DNA of 63,902 nt, filler included, from 7 parts of 7 records of this genome joined end to end with filler, not necessarily neighbours in it, one strand, 5' to 3'. Positions 27,254-36,879 are shown, numbered from the whole stretch's first letter. Notes: a model not told the origin generated them from the sequence alone. Translations and numbers: made by a program.

Positions 27254-28588
27254 TCAACTGAACCGTCTGGCTGCGGCGGAATGCTCGGCGATCAGCCTTG
27301 CGACATCTAGCCCGATGATGCGTCCGTCCATGACCCGCCACTCGCCCGCGACCATCACACGGTCGGCGCGGTTGGCGCCGCAATGGACAAGGGCTGCGAT
27401 CGGGTCGTGACTGCCCGAGAACCGCATCTCGTCGAGCGTGAACATCGCCAGATCGGCCTGTTTGCCAATGGCGATCTCGCCTATGTCGCTGCGTCCCAGG
27501 CAGCGGGCCGAGCCGGTGGTGGCCCAACGCAGCGCGTCGCGGTGGGTGATGCGATCTGCCGATCTGTAGCCCAACCGGTTGACCATCAACGCGTGCCGCA
27601 CCTCCTCCATCAGGTTGGAGCTGTCATTGGAGGCCGAGCCATCGACGCCTAGCCCGACCGGGCTGCCGGCCGCCTCGAGATCAAGCGTCTTGCAGAAGCC
27701 CGAGGCAAGCACGGCATTGGACGTCGGGCAATGGCAGACGCCGACGCCGTGCCTGCCGAGCTTCTCGCAATCCTCGCAGGTGAAATGGATGCCGTGCGCC
27801 AGCCAGACGCGCGGCTGCAGCCAGTTGCAATCCTCGAGCCAATCGATCGGCCGGTAGCCGAAGGTCTCGATGCAGAAAGCCTCCTCGTCCTCGGTCTCGG
27901 CCAGATGGGTGTGCAGCCGGCAGTCATAGGTCTCGGCGAGCACAGCGCTTTCACGCATGACATGCCTGGACACATTGAAAGGCGCGCAAGGGGCGAGTGC
28001 AATCTGGATCATCGCGCCATCGGAAGTGTCGTGATAGCGCTTGAGCACGCGTTCGCTGTCAGCCAGGATCGTGTCGTCGTCCTGGACGATATGGTCATCG
28101 GGAATGGCGCCGTCCTTTTTCGACAGCGACAGCGAACCGCGTGTCACCGTGGCGCGGATGCCGAGCGCCTGAGCTTCCTGCACCTCGATGTCGGTGGCAT
28201 CCTCCAGCCCGTCATAGGACATGTAGTTGTGGTCCATCGCAGTGGTGCAGCCCGACAGCAGCAGTTCGGCGTAAGCCAGCCGGGCACCGACGCGGAACAT
28301 GTCGCGGTCGAGCCTGCTCCAGATCGGATAGAGCGCCTGCAACCAGGGAAACAGCTCTTTGTCGCGCGCCGCCGGATGGGCCCGGCACAGGGTCTGGAAG
28401 AAATGGTGGTGGGTGTTGATCAGACCGGGAATGATGACATGCCGGGAGGCATCGACGGTTTCATCGACATCGGTGTGCGGTGCCTTGCCTGCGGCTACAA
28501 GTTCGACGATGCGGCTGCCGGAGACGACGATGCCGCCGCCGGCGTTCTCCGCCAGGATCGCCAGCGGGTTCTTGATCCAGATGTTCAT
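27254..28588 (-). CDS. 8-oxoguanine deaminase-like amidohydrolase (AtzB/8-OGD group)
   Basis: PGLINTHHHFFQ, APCAPF, HTHLAET, HCPTSN and GVDGSASND motifs. Start ATG 28588; the 590-aa ORF call is over-extended. Confidence 0.88.
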   Translation of the reverse strand: MNIWIKNPLAILAENAGGGIVVSGSRIVELVAAGKAPHTDVDETVDASRHVIIPGLINTHHHFFQTLCRAHPAARDKELFPWLQALYPIWSRLDRDMFRVGARLAYAELLLSGCTTAMDHNYMSYDGLEDATDIEVQEAQALGIRATVTRGSLSLSKKDGAIPDDHIVQDDDTILADSERVLKRYHDTSDGAMIQIALAPCAPFNVSRHVMRESAVLAETYDCRLHTHLAETEDEEAFCIETFGYRPIDWLEDCNWLQPRVWLAHGIHFTCEDCEKLGRHGVGVCHCPTSNAVLASGFCKTLDLEAAGSPVGLGVDGSASNDSSNLMEEVRHALMVNRLGYRSADRITHRDALRWATTGSARCLGRSDIGEIAIGKQADLAMFTLDEMRFSGSHDPIAALVHCGANRADRVMVAGEWRVMDGRIIGLDVARLIAEHSAAARRFS

Positions 28589-28647
28589 ATGCTGCCCCGT
28601 TCGTGCTGTCTCTGGGTTGCTCATTCGAGCCGACCAGATTGAAGCCA

Positions 28648-28663
28648 TGCAACGCCCATGCCA
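28648..28663 (-). promoter_or_regulatory. Sigma54 promoter of the deaminase-oxygenase operon
   Basis: TGGCAT-GGGCG-TTGCA, 60 nt upstream of ATG 28588. Confidence 0.75.
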
Positions 28664-28962
28664 GACTTCGGGCTGCCGATGCCTCGATCCGTCCACATCC
28701 AATCTGCCTGCGGTGATCTCCGAGACTGTGGCGCGCGGATACCGGGGACGGGTGGCCGTCGGCCACATGACAAAACTGTCAGCCATGCCACCGGCCCGCC
28801 GCGCACATCTGATGGACGATCTTCGAAAAGCTGGAATTGCCCTGGTGACGCTGCCCGCGACGGATTTTTTCTGACGGCGCGCGACCATGATTACGGTATC
28901 CCGCGCGGCGTGGCGCCGGCACATTTGTTTGCACCGGCCAGCCGACGGCTGAGGCAGCCGCC

Positions 28963-29904
28963 TTAATCCGCAGTCGAGATTCGCGGCGCACCGCTTGCCG
29001 AGCTGAGATAGCGGTTCTCCCACCATGAAAAGACGATGTCGCGCAGCGCTGAATCGTCGTCATCGCCATAGACGGTGCGGCGCGCCAGTGCTTCGAACCT
29101 GGCCGCTTCCGCCGCGTCGAGTTCGATTTCGAGCGGCGTTTCCGGCAGCGGCGTGTTGGCGAATTGCGGCACATAGGACGTATCGGCGACCAGTTCGCGC
29201 GTCGCCTTGATCTCAGAATTGACGAAGTCCTTCGGCGTGCGCTGGCTTCTCAAGCTCGGCGTATCGGGGACAGCGGCCATTTCCTCCTCCGTTGCCTCGA
29301 AGATCTGCACTCTGATCGGCTTCAGGCCGAAATTGCTGGTGCGCATCACGTCCGCGCCACAGACATTGGGGACGGCTAGCACATCCATGAGCGCGATGAG
29401 GTCGATGTGATCGCCCTTCTGCGACTGCTGCCGGGTGATGGTGGCGCTTCCCTCAAGCGTCACCTCCGTACACATGAACATGTTGAAACTGTCGTGCACA
29501 TCATCGGGGGTCAGCCCGTACTCGCGCTGAGCTTCGGACTGGATGTCATGGCAATTGGTGTGCGTGTGATAGCCATAAGCGCTTTCGTAGAGATAGGCGC
29601 TGCACCTTGGGAACAGCACGTCATTGCGGCCGTAGGTATCCTCGGCGATGTACATCATCGCCCGCTCGCGCGGCGGCGCCGACCACAAGAATGTTCCCTT
29701 GCTCGGGTTGAAGCCATGCACGGTGCGGGTTCGTCCGCAATGCATGAATTCCTTGTAGTCATGCAGGTTGAAGCAGTTGAAATCGACGCATTGTGCGCCC
29801 TGCACCTGCTCGATCCTGAGGATCTGCCCCTTGCGAAGCTCAAGCGCCTTGCCTGTTCCAGGCTGCATGAGCCATTCAAATACCGGCTGGCGCTCAGACA
29901 TCAT
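28963..29904 (-). CDS. DUF1989 / urea carboxylase-associated family protein with C-terminal extension
   Basis: PGTGKALELRKGQILRIEQVQGAQCVDFN, RC, HTNC, DSFNMFM, KGDHIDL.A.MD.L...NVC motifs. Confidence 0.85.
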   Translation of the reverse strand: MMSERQPVFEWLMQPGTGKALELRKGQILRIEQVQGAQCVDFNCFNLHDYKEFMHCGRTRTVHGFNPSKGTFLWSAPPRERAMMYIAEDTYGRNDVLFPRCSAYLYESAYGYHTHTNCHDIQSEAQREYGLTPDDVHDSFNMFMCTEVTLEGSATITRQQSQKGDHIDLIALMDVLAVPNVCGADVMRTSNFGLKPIRVQIFEATEEEMAAVPDTPSLRSQRTPKDFVNSEIKATRELVADTSYVPQFANTPLPETPLEIELDAAEAARFEALARRTVYGDDDDSALRDIVFSWWENRYLSSASGAPRISTAD

Positions 29905-30059
29905 TTCACCTCCGGCTGGCCGGCGGGCAGGGGCTGGCTTTCCGCGATGGCGCGCTTGACCAGTGACTCAAGCGAGGGGGCTGCGCCATCCGCGACCGCG
30001 CGTTCCAGCAGTTCCTGCTGCTGGTGATTGAGCCACAACCTGATCGTCTTTCCGGCCAT
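29901..30059 (-). CDS. Small (52 aa) ribbon-helix-helix-like protein
   Basis: Absent from the ORF track. AAGGAG RBS; MAGKTIRLWLNHQQQELLERAVADGAAPSLESLVKRAIAESQPLPAGQPEVK; stop overlaps the DUF1989 start (ATGA). Confidence 0.75.
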   Translation of the reverse strand: MAGKTIRLWLNHQQQELLERAVADGAAPSLESLVKRAIAESQPLPAGQPEVK

Positions 30060-30296
30060 CTGCCTGCTCCTTCGTATCCATCGTGAGAAATTCTAGTATA
30101 CATAAATTTTGTTTCTTGCTATCCCTCTTTTCGAGAGACTGAAGGCTTTAAGATAGGTTTTTCAAAGCTTTCACACATCGAGAAGCATCAATTTTGATCA
30201 TTTTGCCTCAAGATGCAGCGCGAAATGCTCAATAATCAGGCAATCAATAGATACATGATTGATTGCCTATCGTATACAATCTTACGTGGATCAAGC

Positions 30297-30835
30297 ATGA
30301 GCGGAAAACCGAGCAGAATTGACCAAGCCTACACGGCGCTGAAAAGCGCAATCATCGAACAGGCGCTGCGCCCAGGTGACAAGCTCCCCGAGGACGAGGT
30401 GGGGCAGCTGTTTTCCATGAGCCGGACACTGGTCCGGCAGGTCTTCAGCCGTCTCAATGCTGAGGGTCTGATCGAGATCGGCGGCAAGCGGCCGGCGACC
30501 GTCGCCATTCCGAGCCTCGATGACGCAGTGGCGGCTTTCGAGGTTCGCCAGGCGCTTGAACGGGAAGTCATCACGCTGGTCATCAAGCGCTGGAACCCGG
30601 AGCACAAGGCCGCGCTTGAAGCGCATCTCGCCAGGGAAATCGAGGCGGCGAAAGCCGGCAGCGCGCCGATGTCGATCCGTCTCGCCGGAGAATTCCATAC
30701 GTTGCTCGCCGAGATGTCGGGCAACCCGCTGCTGTCGCGCTTCGTCTCTGACGTGGTCTCGCGCTGCTCGGTGGTTCTTGCCGTCTATGGCCGGCCGCAC
30801 TCGGCGGACTGCGGCGTGCACGAGCACCGTGACAT
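30297..30835 (+). CDS. GntR family (FCD) transcriptional regulator (3' truncated)
   Basis: LRPGDKLPE...MSRTLVR wHTH, FEVRQALE and EFH..LAEMSGNP motifs. Confidence 0.93.
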
Positions 30836-30935
30836 NNNNNNNNNNNNNNNNNNNNNNNNNNNNNNNNNNNNNNNNNNNNTTAATTAATTAANNNNNNNNN
30901 NNNNNNNNNNNNNNNNNNNNNNNNNNNNNNNNNNN
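30836..30935. other. Artificial contig spacer
   Basis: N44-TTAATTAATTAA-N44. Confidence 0.99.
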
Positions 30936-31267
30936 ATGTTTCCGTGAAAACATGAAACGCTCTAAGCCTGTTTTTTCAGCACGTGAGACCAATTTCCAGC
31001 TTTGTTGGATATAGTCCTGATAGGCATCGGAAGAGGCAGGTGGCATTTTCCTCCGACCATCTTCAAACCTGCAGCCTTCTTGTCGCCGAGCTGACTAGTG
31101 GACGCTATGATATCTTCTGTGAAGCGGGCGAAATGACTGAGGATTTCAGTGGTCGTTTCCGCATCAAATGCGTTTGATCATGGTTGGTATATGACAGCCG
31201 ATTGCCGACAGAGCATTGAGAATATCATCGATCAGAGCCCGGAACGGGATCACTTTGGCGTCTCGTT

Positions 31268-31726
31268 CTACCGGGTTTCCTGATGGATTGTTTGGCGGAT
31301 GTGTTTGTCTTCTGACAGAGCAACCTTGATCGCATCAGGGACCGGTACGGCTGCAAGGCTTTGTGGGTTATCTGGATTGGCGCGCGCCCAGACACGGGTC
31401 TGGTTTGCTTCAACCAAGGTCGCGTCATTAAGGGTGAAGCGATGATGCAAATCAAATGACTTTGTGCCCCAACGCGAGACTTCGACATGATGGACAATCA
31501 GATCGCCGACCCGGGCCGGTGCCATGAAACTGGCATCGCCGCGAACCAGTGGTGTTCCCCGAAAATCGGCATCCTTGGCAATCATTGGCGCCATATCAAA
31601 TCCGGCCGCGGCAAACAGCGCAAGAAGACCGCCTTCCATCCAGTCATAGAAATTCGGGTTATAGACAATTCGGGCCGGGTCACAATGGCCCCATTCGACG
31701 CGTATTTCGCGGGACAGTCGCAGCAT
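31268..31726 (-). CDS. Acyl-CoA thioesterase (4-hydroxybenzoyl-CoA thioesterase family)
   Basis: VEWGHCDPARIVYNPNF hotdog-fold signature. Confidence 0.88.
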   Translation of the reverse strand: MLRLSREIRVEWGHCDPARIVYNPNFYDWMEGGLLALFAAAGFDMAPMIAKDADFRGTPLVRGDASFMAPARVGDLIVHHVEVSRWGTKSFDLHHRFTLNDATLVEANQTRVWARANPDNPQSLAAVPVPDAIKVALSEDKHIRQTIHQETR

Positions 31727-31748
31727 GGAATATCACCTGATCTGGAGG

Positions 31749-32228
31749 CTATTTGACCTTTTGGATACGGATCAGCATCCGGACAAGAAGGTCGCGTTCT
31801 TCGGGGTTAAAATCTTCGAGGAGTTTTTCCTCGTGACGTTGGACTGCGCGGCTGGCCTCGGCGAAAAGTTCAATCCCCTTTGCCGTTGTGCGCAGCGCAT
31901 AGACGCGGCGATCAGTTGGTACTTTGTTGCGCACAATAAGGCCACGTGTCTGAAGTTCGTCGACCATGACGACAATGTTTGAGCGTTCCATCGCCAGCGC
32001 ACGGGCAAGGTCGGTCTGACTGATATCGGGATTCTCGTTGATGATGGCCAGCGCACTGAAGGTGGTCGGTTTGAGGTCAATATGGGTCAGGCTGGCGACA
32101 AAGTCGCTATGGATCGACATATAGGCGCGTTTGAGGTTATAGCCGACAAACCCACGCAGCGGGCTGTCTGTTGAAAGCCCGCGCAGGTTCGGTTGATCAT
32201 CCGTGTTTTTCTTTTTGCTTGCTTGCAA
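31749..32228 (-). CDS. MarR family regulator
   Basis: ISQTDLARAL...VDEL..RGLI.R...DRRVY. Confidence 0.93.
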   Translation of the reverse strand: MQASKKKNTDDQPNLRGLSTDSPLRGFVGYNLKRAYMSIHSDFVASLTHIDLKPTTFSALAIINENPDISQTDLARALAMERSNIVVMVDELQTRGLIVRNKVPTDRRVYALRTTAKGIELFAEASRAVQRHEEKLLEDFNPEERDLLVRMLIRIQKVK

Positions 32229-32255
32229 GTGGGTCTCCCTTTCTTGGATTTGGGG

Positions 32256-33578
32256 CTATTGAATGACAATATCCACAAGCCAGAACGTCAATGCTGGAAA
32301 CGCGACAATGATCGCGATGCGCAGGAGTTCAACCATCAAAAATGGTACAGCACCCCGGAAAATTTTTCGGGTCGGGATATCTGGCGCCATTGCCGATATC
32401 ATAAACAGGTTTAGCCCGACAGGTGGGGTAATCATCCCCAATTCAACAACAATCAGCGTAATGATCCCAAACCAGAGTGCCTGATGTGTTGGGTCCATCG
32501 CGAAATCCATCGCCATGAAGGCCGGGAAGAATACCGGCACGGTCAAAAGGATCATCGACAGGCTGTCCATGATACAGCCCATAACGATGTAAAACAGGAT
32601 GACGGCCATCAGAACCGTCATCGGTGCAATACCGGCCGTACCGACCCATTCGGCGGCCATGGTCGGAACGCGCGTCAGGGCCAGGGCCACGTTAAACAGA
32701 TCCGCCCCGAATATGATGGCAAAGATCATCGCGGTTGTACCGGCGGTATCAATGACGCATTCAAACAGGCCCCGAATTGAAAGGCTGCGCATTAAAAATC
32801 CGGTGAGCGCAATCAGAATGACGCCAACAGATGCCCCTTCTGCCGGGGTGAAAACGCCGCCGTAAATACCGCCAAGCACAGCAATGAAAACAAGTGCCAC
32901 ATGCCAGATCCCGCCCAGTGATCTGATGCGTTCGCGCAAGGGAAGGCCTGCATGTGCCGGGCCTTCTTCCGGGAATAGACGGACATAGACCGCAATTGCC
33001 AGAATAAAGCCCAGAACGGCAAGTATCCCCGGAATGGTCGCAGCGAGAAAGAGTTTGACGATATTCTGTTCGGTCAAGAGTGCATAAATAATCAGAACCA
33101 CCGAGGGCGGGATCAGAATGCCAAGGGTGCCGCCCGCAGCAAGCGTACCCGCACCCAACGCCCCGGAATAACCGTGCCGACGCATTTCCGGAAGGGCAAC
33201 CCGACCCATGGTCGTGGCCGTTGCAATCGACGATCCGCAGATCGAGCCAAAAGCCGCACAGCCTGCAACCGATGCCATGGCAAGGCCGCCACGCCAATGG
33301 CCAAGCCACGCATTCGAGGCGGTAAAGATCGCCCGGCTGATGCCGGTACGGGTGGCGATTTGCCCCATCAGGATAAACAGCGGAATAACCGCAAGATCAT
33401 AAGATACGTATTTGTCGACAATGGCGGTCTTTAAATAGGCCGAAAGCGGCAGCCATCCCGACAGAAAGATATAACCACCCGCACCAACCACAGCCATGGC
33501 AAGGGCGATGGGCATGCGCAGAAAGATAAGGATCATCAGGACGGTAACCATGATGATACTGATTTCAACGGGACTCAT
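32256..33578 (-). CDS. TRAP transporter large permease (DctM)
   Basis: AVIPLFILMG, GSSIATA, GGTLGILIPPS and TPPVGLNLF motifs. Confidence 0.95.
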   Translation of the reverse strand: MSPVEISIIMVTVLMILIFLRMPIALAMAVVGAGGYIFLSGWLPLSAYLKTAIVDKYVSYDLAVIPLFILMGQIATRTGISRAIFTASNAWLGHWRGGLAMASVAGCAAFGSICGSSIATATTMGRVALPEMRRHGYSGALGAGTLAAGGTLGILIPPSVVLIIYALLTEQNIVKLFLAATIPGILAVLGFILAIAVYVRLFPEEGPAHAGLPLRERIRSLGGIWHVALVFIAVLGGIYGGVFTPAEGASVGVILIALTGFLMRSLSIRGLFECVIDTAGTTAMIFAIIFGADLFNVALALTRVPTMAAEWVGTAGIAPMTVLMAVILFYIVMGCIMDSLSMILLTVPVFFPAFMAMDFAMDPTHQALWFGIITLIVVELGMITPPVGLNLFMISAMAPDIPTRKIFRGAVPFLMVELLRIAIIVAFPALTFWLVDIVIQ

Positions 33579-34138
33579 TATCGGGCATCCGTTCGGGAGA
33601 TATGGGAGGTGGGGCGCAAAAACTGTTCGATCATGTTGGTCAGCGCGGTCAGTGCGGAAAGTCCAAGCCCAAACAGGGCAATTGAATATACGATCCAGGT
33701 TGGTACCCGAAGCAGCATGCTGCGATCATGATAGTCGTACATATCGACCAGACCGAGTGCGATGCGCCAGGTAAGGATCACCCAGGCGATGCCAAAGACA
33801 AACTCCCAAAACTGATCAAGTCTGTTTCGGGTTCGTTCGGGCAATGCCATGCTGAAGATATCGACCATCACGTGGTTGCCTTTGCGCTGACACAGCGGAA
33901 GAAACAGAAAGGCGGCAATGCCGCATCCGATTTCAACCAGTTCGAAATCACCGCGAATGCCGCCAATACCGATATAGCGCATGGTCACAGAAAGGGTCAC
34001 GGTTGTTGCGACCATAAGAATGATCACCCCGGCAAACCCGGCCGATGCAATACAGGCACGGTCGATAAGCCGGACGATGAAATCAATGGGCGCAGCGCCT
34101 TTGCTGCGCCCATTATGATCAGGTGTGGTGCCTGTCAT
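33578..34138 (-). CDS. TRAP transporter small permease (DctQ)
   Basis: Four TM helices with the HVMVD motif, between dctP and dctM. Confidence 0.9.
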   Translation of the reverse strand: MTGTTPDHNGRSKGAAPIDFIVRLIDRACIASAGFAGVIILMVATTVTLSVTMRYIGIGGIRGDFELVEIGCGIAAFLFLPLCQRKGNHVMVDIFSMALPERTRNRLDQFWEFVFGIAWVILTWRIALGLVDMYDYHDRSMLLRVPTWIVYSIALFGLGLSALTALTNMIEQFLRPTSHISRTDAR

Positions 34139-34139
34139 T

Positions 34140-35192
34140 TCAGGCCGTCTCTGCATCTATCAGTTGGTTGAGGCGATCAATCATCGCCTTGCCATCATGA
34201 CCGGCATCATTAAGCGTTTCGATCCATTCATCAATCACGGGCTGAGTTGCCGTTTGCCAACGTGCAATCTCGTCCTTGGGAATCTCGACGAACTTGTTGC
34301 CGCGATCGGCACACATCTTTTTGCCAACCGACTCAAAGCTGTCGAACTGTTTGCCGATCTGACGTGACAGATCGATGCCGGAATTGGCATCAATAACTGC
34401 TTTAAGATCATCGGAAAGGCGGTCATAGGCAGCACCTGCCATCAACAGGGCAAACGAGTTGGCATAAAGACCACGTCCACCTTCGACCGGGGCGCAATGG
34501 ACAGATGTCAGTTCATGGAGTTTGAAGGCCGGAACTACTTCGTAGGGCAGGCAGGTGCCGTCAATCACACCATTGGCCAGCCCGACGGCCATTTCGGTCA
34601 CCGGGAAGAAAACAGGTTCTGCACCCAGGATGGACAAGGCCTTGCCAACACTCTGGTTCGGGGCGCGGATCTGAAGTCCTTCAAGATCGGCCTGGTTTTC
34701 GATGGCTTTGTCACGCATGTGGAACTTGCCACCGGCGTGAACATGGAATGCCAACGGCTTCATGCCGCGATATTCATCCTGACCGAATTCATCCATGAAT
34801 TTATGCATGGCGACCGATGTTGCCTCGGCCGTTGTTACCATGAAGGGCAGGCTTGGCGTTTCGGAAACCGGATAACGACCCGGTGTATAAACTGTCAGCG
34901 TCCAGGCGATATCAACGACATTGTTTGCAACCTGGTCGGCAAGTTGCGGTGGTTTGCCACCAAGCTGCATGGCCGGGAAAATCTGAATATCAATACGTCC
35001 ATCGGACTGTTCGCGAATGGTCTTGGTCCAAGGTTCAAAGAACGCTTTGTGCATCGGGGCAACAGGGGGCAGCATATGATGCAGTCGAAGGGTGACTTCG
35101 GCGGCACGTGCCTTGCCGATGATTGCCGGTGCGGCAAGGGCGCCGCCCATGATGCCAAGCATCTGGCGGCGGTTGACTGAAAATCCTGACAT
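34140..35192 (-). CDS. TRAP substrate-binding protein (DctP) with Tat signal
   Basis: NRRQML signal, FPAMQLGG and DLEGLQIR; AGGAG RBS before ATG 35192. Confidence 0.92.
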   Translation of the reverse strand: MSGFSVNRRQMLGIMGGALAAPAIIGKARAAEVTLRLHHMLPPVAPMHKAFFEPWTKTIREQSDGRIDIQIFPAMQLGGKPPQLADQVANNVVDIAWTLTVYTPGRYPVSETPSLPFMVTTAEATSVAMHKFMDEFGQDEYRGMKPLAFHVHAGGKFHMRDKAIENQADLEGLQIRAPNQSVGKALSILGAEPVFFPVTEMAVGLANGVIDGTCLPYEVVPAFKLHELTSVHCAPVEGGRGLYANSFALLMAGAAYDRLSDDLKAVIDANSGIDLSRQIGKQFDSFESVGKKMCADRGNKFVEIPKDEIARWQTATQPVIDEWIETLNDAGHDGKAMIDRLNQLIDAETA

Positions 35193-35331
35193 CGAACGTC
35201 TCCTCACAATGCGGGCGCACTTTGTGGTGGCCCTGTTCCTTCCTGAATATTCTGGCGTCCGCTTTATGCGGTTTCTTGCCGGGTGTTTTACGATGATGGC
35301 CACAATTGCCTTGCGGCTCTGTTATGGGTCG

Positions 35332-36111
35332 TTACTTAAAGTTCGGTGTGCGTTTCTCAAGAAAGGCTTTAAGCCCTTCCTGTGCGTCTTCGCTGGTTTG
35401 GGTCAGAGCCGCACACAGGCTTTCGGTGAATAGTCCGTCGGCCTTGGCCATATCTTCAATACGGGCCAGTGCCTGGATCATGATGTAATTGGAAAGCTGG
35501 GCATTTTCGGCAACGGTGTTGGCAAGTTCGACGGCTTTTTGTTCTGCTTCCTGCTCGTTGGTGCAAACATAGTGTGTCAGGCCAAGTGACAGGCCGTCTT
35601 TTGCATCGTATTTGCGCCCGGTCAGCATCATTTCGATCATCCGGTCCGCACCAAGGATTTTACCTACCCGTACCGATGCACCGCCGCCAACAAAAATGCC
35701 GCGGCGGCCTTCGGGGAGTTGGAAGAACGCGGTTTCATCTGCAATTCGGATATGGGTTGCCGTGGCCAATTCAAGGCCGCCGCCAATTACAGCACCCTTC
35801 AAAAGAGAAATTACCGGCAGACCGCCAAACTGGATCATATCCATAATGCGGTGCCAGTTGCGGGAATGGCGCATGGTTTCGGCCGCATTGCGCGCAACAT
35901 GTTCGCCAAGATCCAGACCGGCGGAAAAATGCCCGCCGTCACCGGCAAGAATGACCACCCGGACATCTGCCGGCGGGTTGGCAAAAAATGCTTCAAGCGC
36001 ATCCATCAGCGTATCGCTTACAGCGTTGCGCTTTTCGGGTCGCGTGATGGTCAAACGCGCAATCGTTCCGTTGATTGCAACGTTCAATACGTCACTCGCG
36101 CCATTCGTCAT
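35332..36111 (-). CDS. Enoyl-CoA hydratase/crotonase (CouA-like hydroxycinnamoyl-CoA hydratase/lyase candidate)
   Basis: RPEKRNA, HFSAGLDL, GGGLELA and LPEG.RGIFVGGG motifs. Confidence 0.9.
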   Translation of the reverse strand: MTNGASDVLNVAINGTIARLTITRPEKRNAVSDTLMDALEAFFANPPADVRVVILAGDGGHFSAGLDLGEHVARNAAETMRHSRNWHRIMDMIQFGGLPVISLLKGAVIGGGLELATATHIRIADETAFFQLPEGRRGIFVGGGASVRVGKILGADRMIEMMLTGRKYDAKDGLSLGLTHYVCTNEQEAEQKAVELANTVAENAQLSNYIMIQALARIEDMAKADGLFTESLCAALTQTSEDAQEGLKAFLEKRTPNFK

Positions 36112-36157
36112 GTTCTTGTTCCTTAACTATGCAATCTGTCGTCATCGTGCCTGCAGG

Positions 36158-36257
36158 NNNNNNNNNNNNNNNNNNNNNNNNNNNNNNNNNNNNNNNNNNN
36201 NTTAATTAATTAANNNNNNNNNNNNNNNNNNNNNNNNNNNNNNNNNNNNNNNNNNNN
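36158..36257. other. Artificial contig spacer
   Basis: N44-TTAATTAATTAA-N44. Confidence 0.99.
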
Positions 36258-36489
36258 CAGAGGCCAGCGCAAAAGCCCCAACCGCAAGTGCCAACCAGAT
36301 CAGAACACGCTTCAAGTTCCAGTCAGCCTGCCCGTTGCCGCCGTCTTCCTGCGAAACATCTAAGGACAAGATATATTTGCACTCCCGAATAGGATCCCGA
36401 CCAAAAAAGGCAAAGACCAACGCTCACCCACTATAGCAGGTAGCGCATCATTTCAGAAGATCAATAAGAATTAGCCTAAAAAACAAGCC

Positions 36490-36756
36490 TTACTCAACCA
36501 TGCCCAAGGCATGCATATAAAGCTCAAGTATAGCTTCCTGTTCCTGTCGCTCAGCCTTGTCCTGCTTACGGATACGCACGACCTGACGCAAAGTCTTGGT
36601 GTCATAACCGTTACCTTTGGCTTCGGCATAGACTTCCTTGATATCGGCTGCTGTCGCGGCCTTCTCTTCTTCAAGACGCTCGATGCGTTCAATGATCGAG
36701 CGCAACTGGTCATGTGCAACGCCACCGGTGTTCACAGGGGTATTACCGTCCGCCAT
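36490..36756 (-). CDS. gapR: DUF2312/UPF0335 nucleoid-associated protein (GapR)
   Basis: [16 protein letters not shown]...[17 protein letters not shown]. Confidence 0.92.
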   Translation of the reverse strand: MADGNTPVNTGGVAHDQLRSIIERIERLEEEKAATAADIKEVYAEAKGNGYDTKTLRQVVRIRKQDKAERQEQEAILELYMHALGMVE

Positions 36757-36879
36757 GATGCGTTGCTCCGTTCTTACAATTGGACATTAGGATCGCCGAC
36801 ACTATCGGCGCAGGACGAAGCCAGCAATATCACGCCCCAACAAATCTGTGGATATTAAAGCCCGCGACAAATAAGTCCT

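Noticed and set aside
28664-28962. Possible guanidine or purine riboswitch near the DUF1989 and deaminase genes
   Set aside because: I could not find ykkC, mini-ykkC or purine riboswitch consensus elements by eye; an Infernal/Rfam scan would be decisive.
28589-29026. N-terminal extension of the amidohydrolase (590 aa)
   Set aside because: A sigma54 promoter lies inside the extension and homology starts at MNIWIKNP.
30936-31260. Short ORFs at the start of contig 3
   Set aside because: No RBS or motif support; no gene can be assigned.
36258-36420. Truncated minus-strand ORF with a hydrophobic segment at the contig edge
   Set aside because: Possibly a real gene start but too short to identify.
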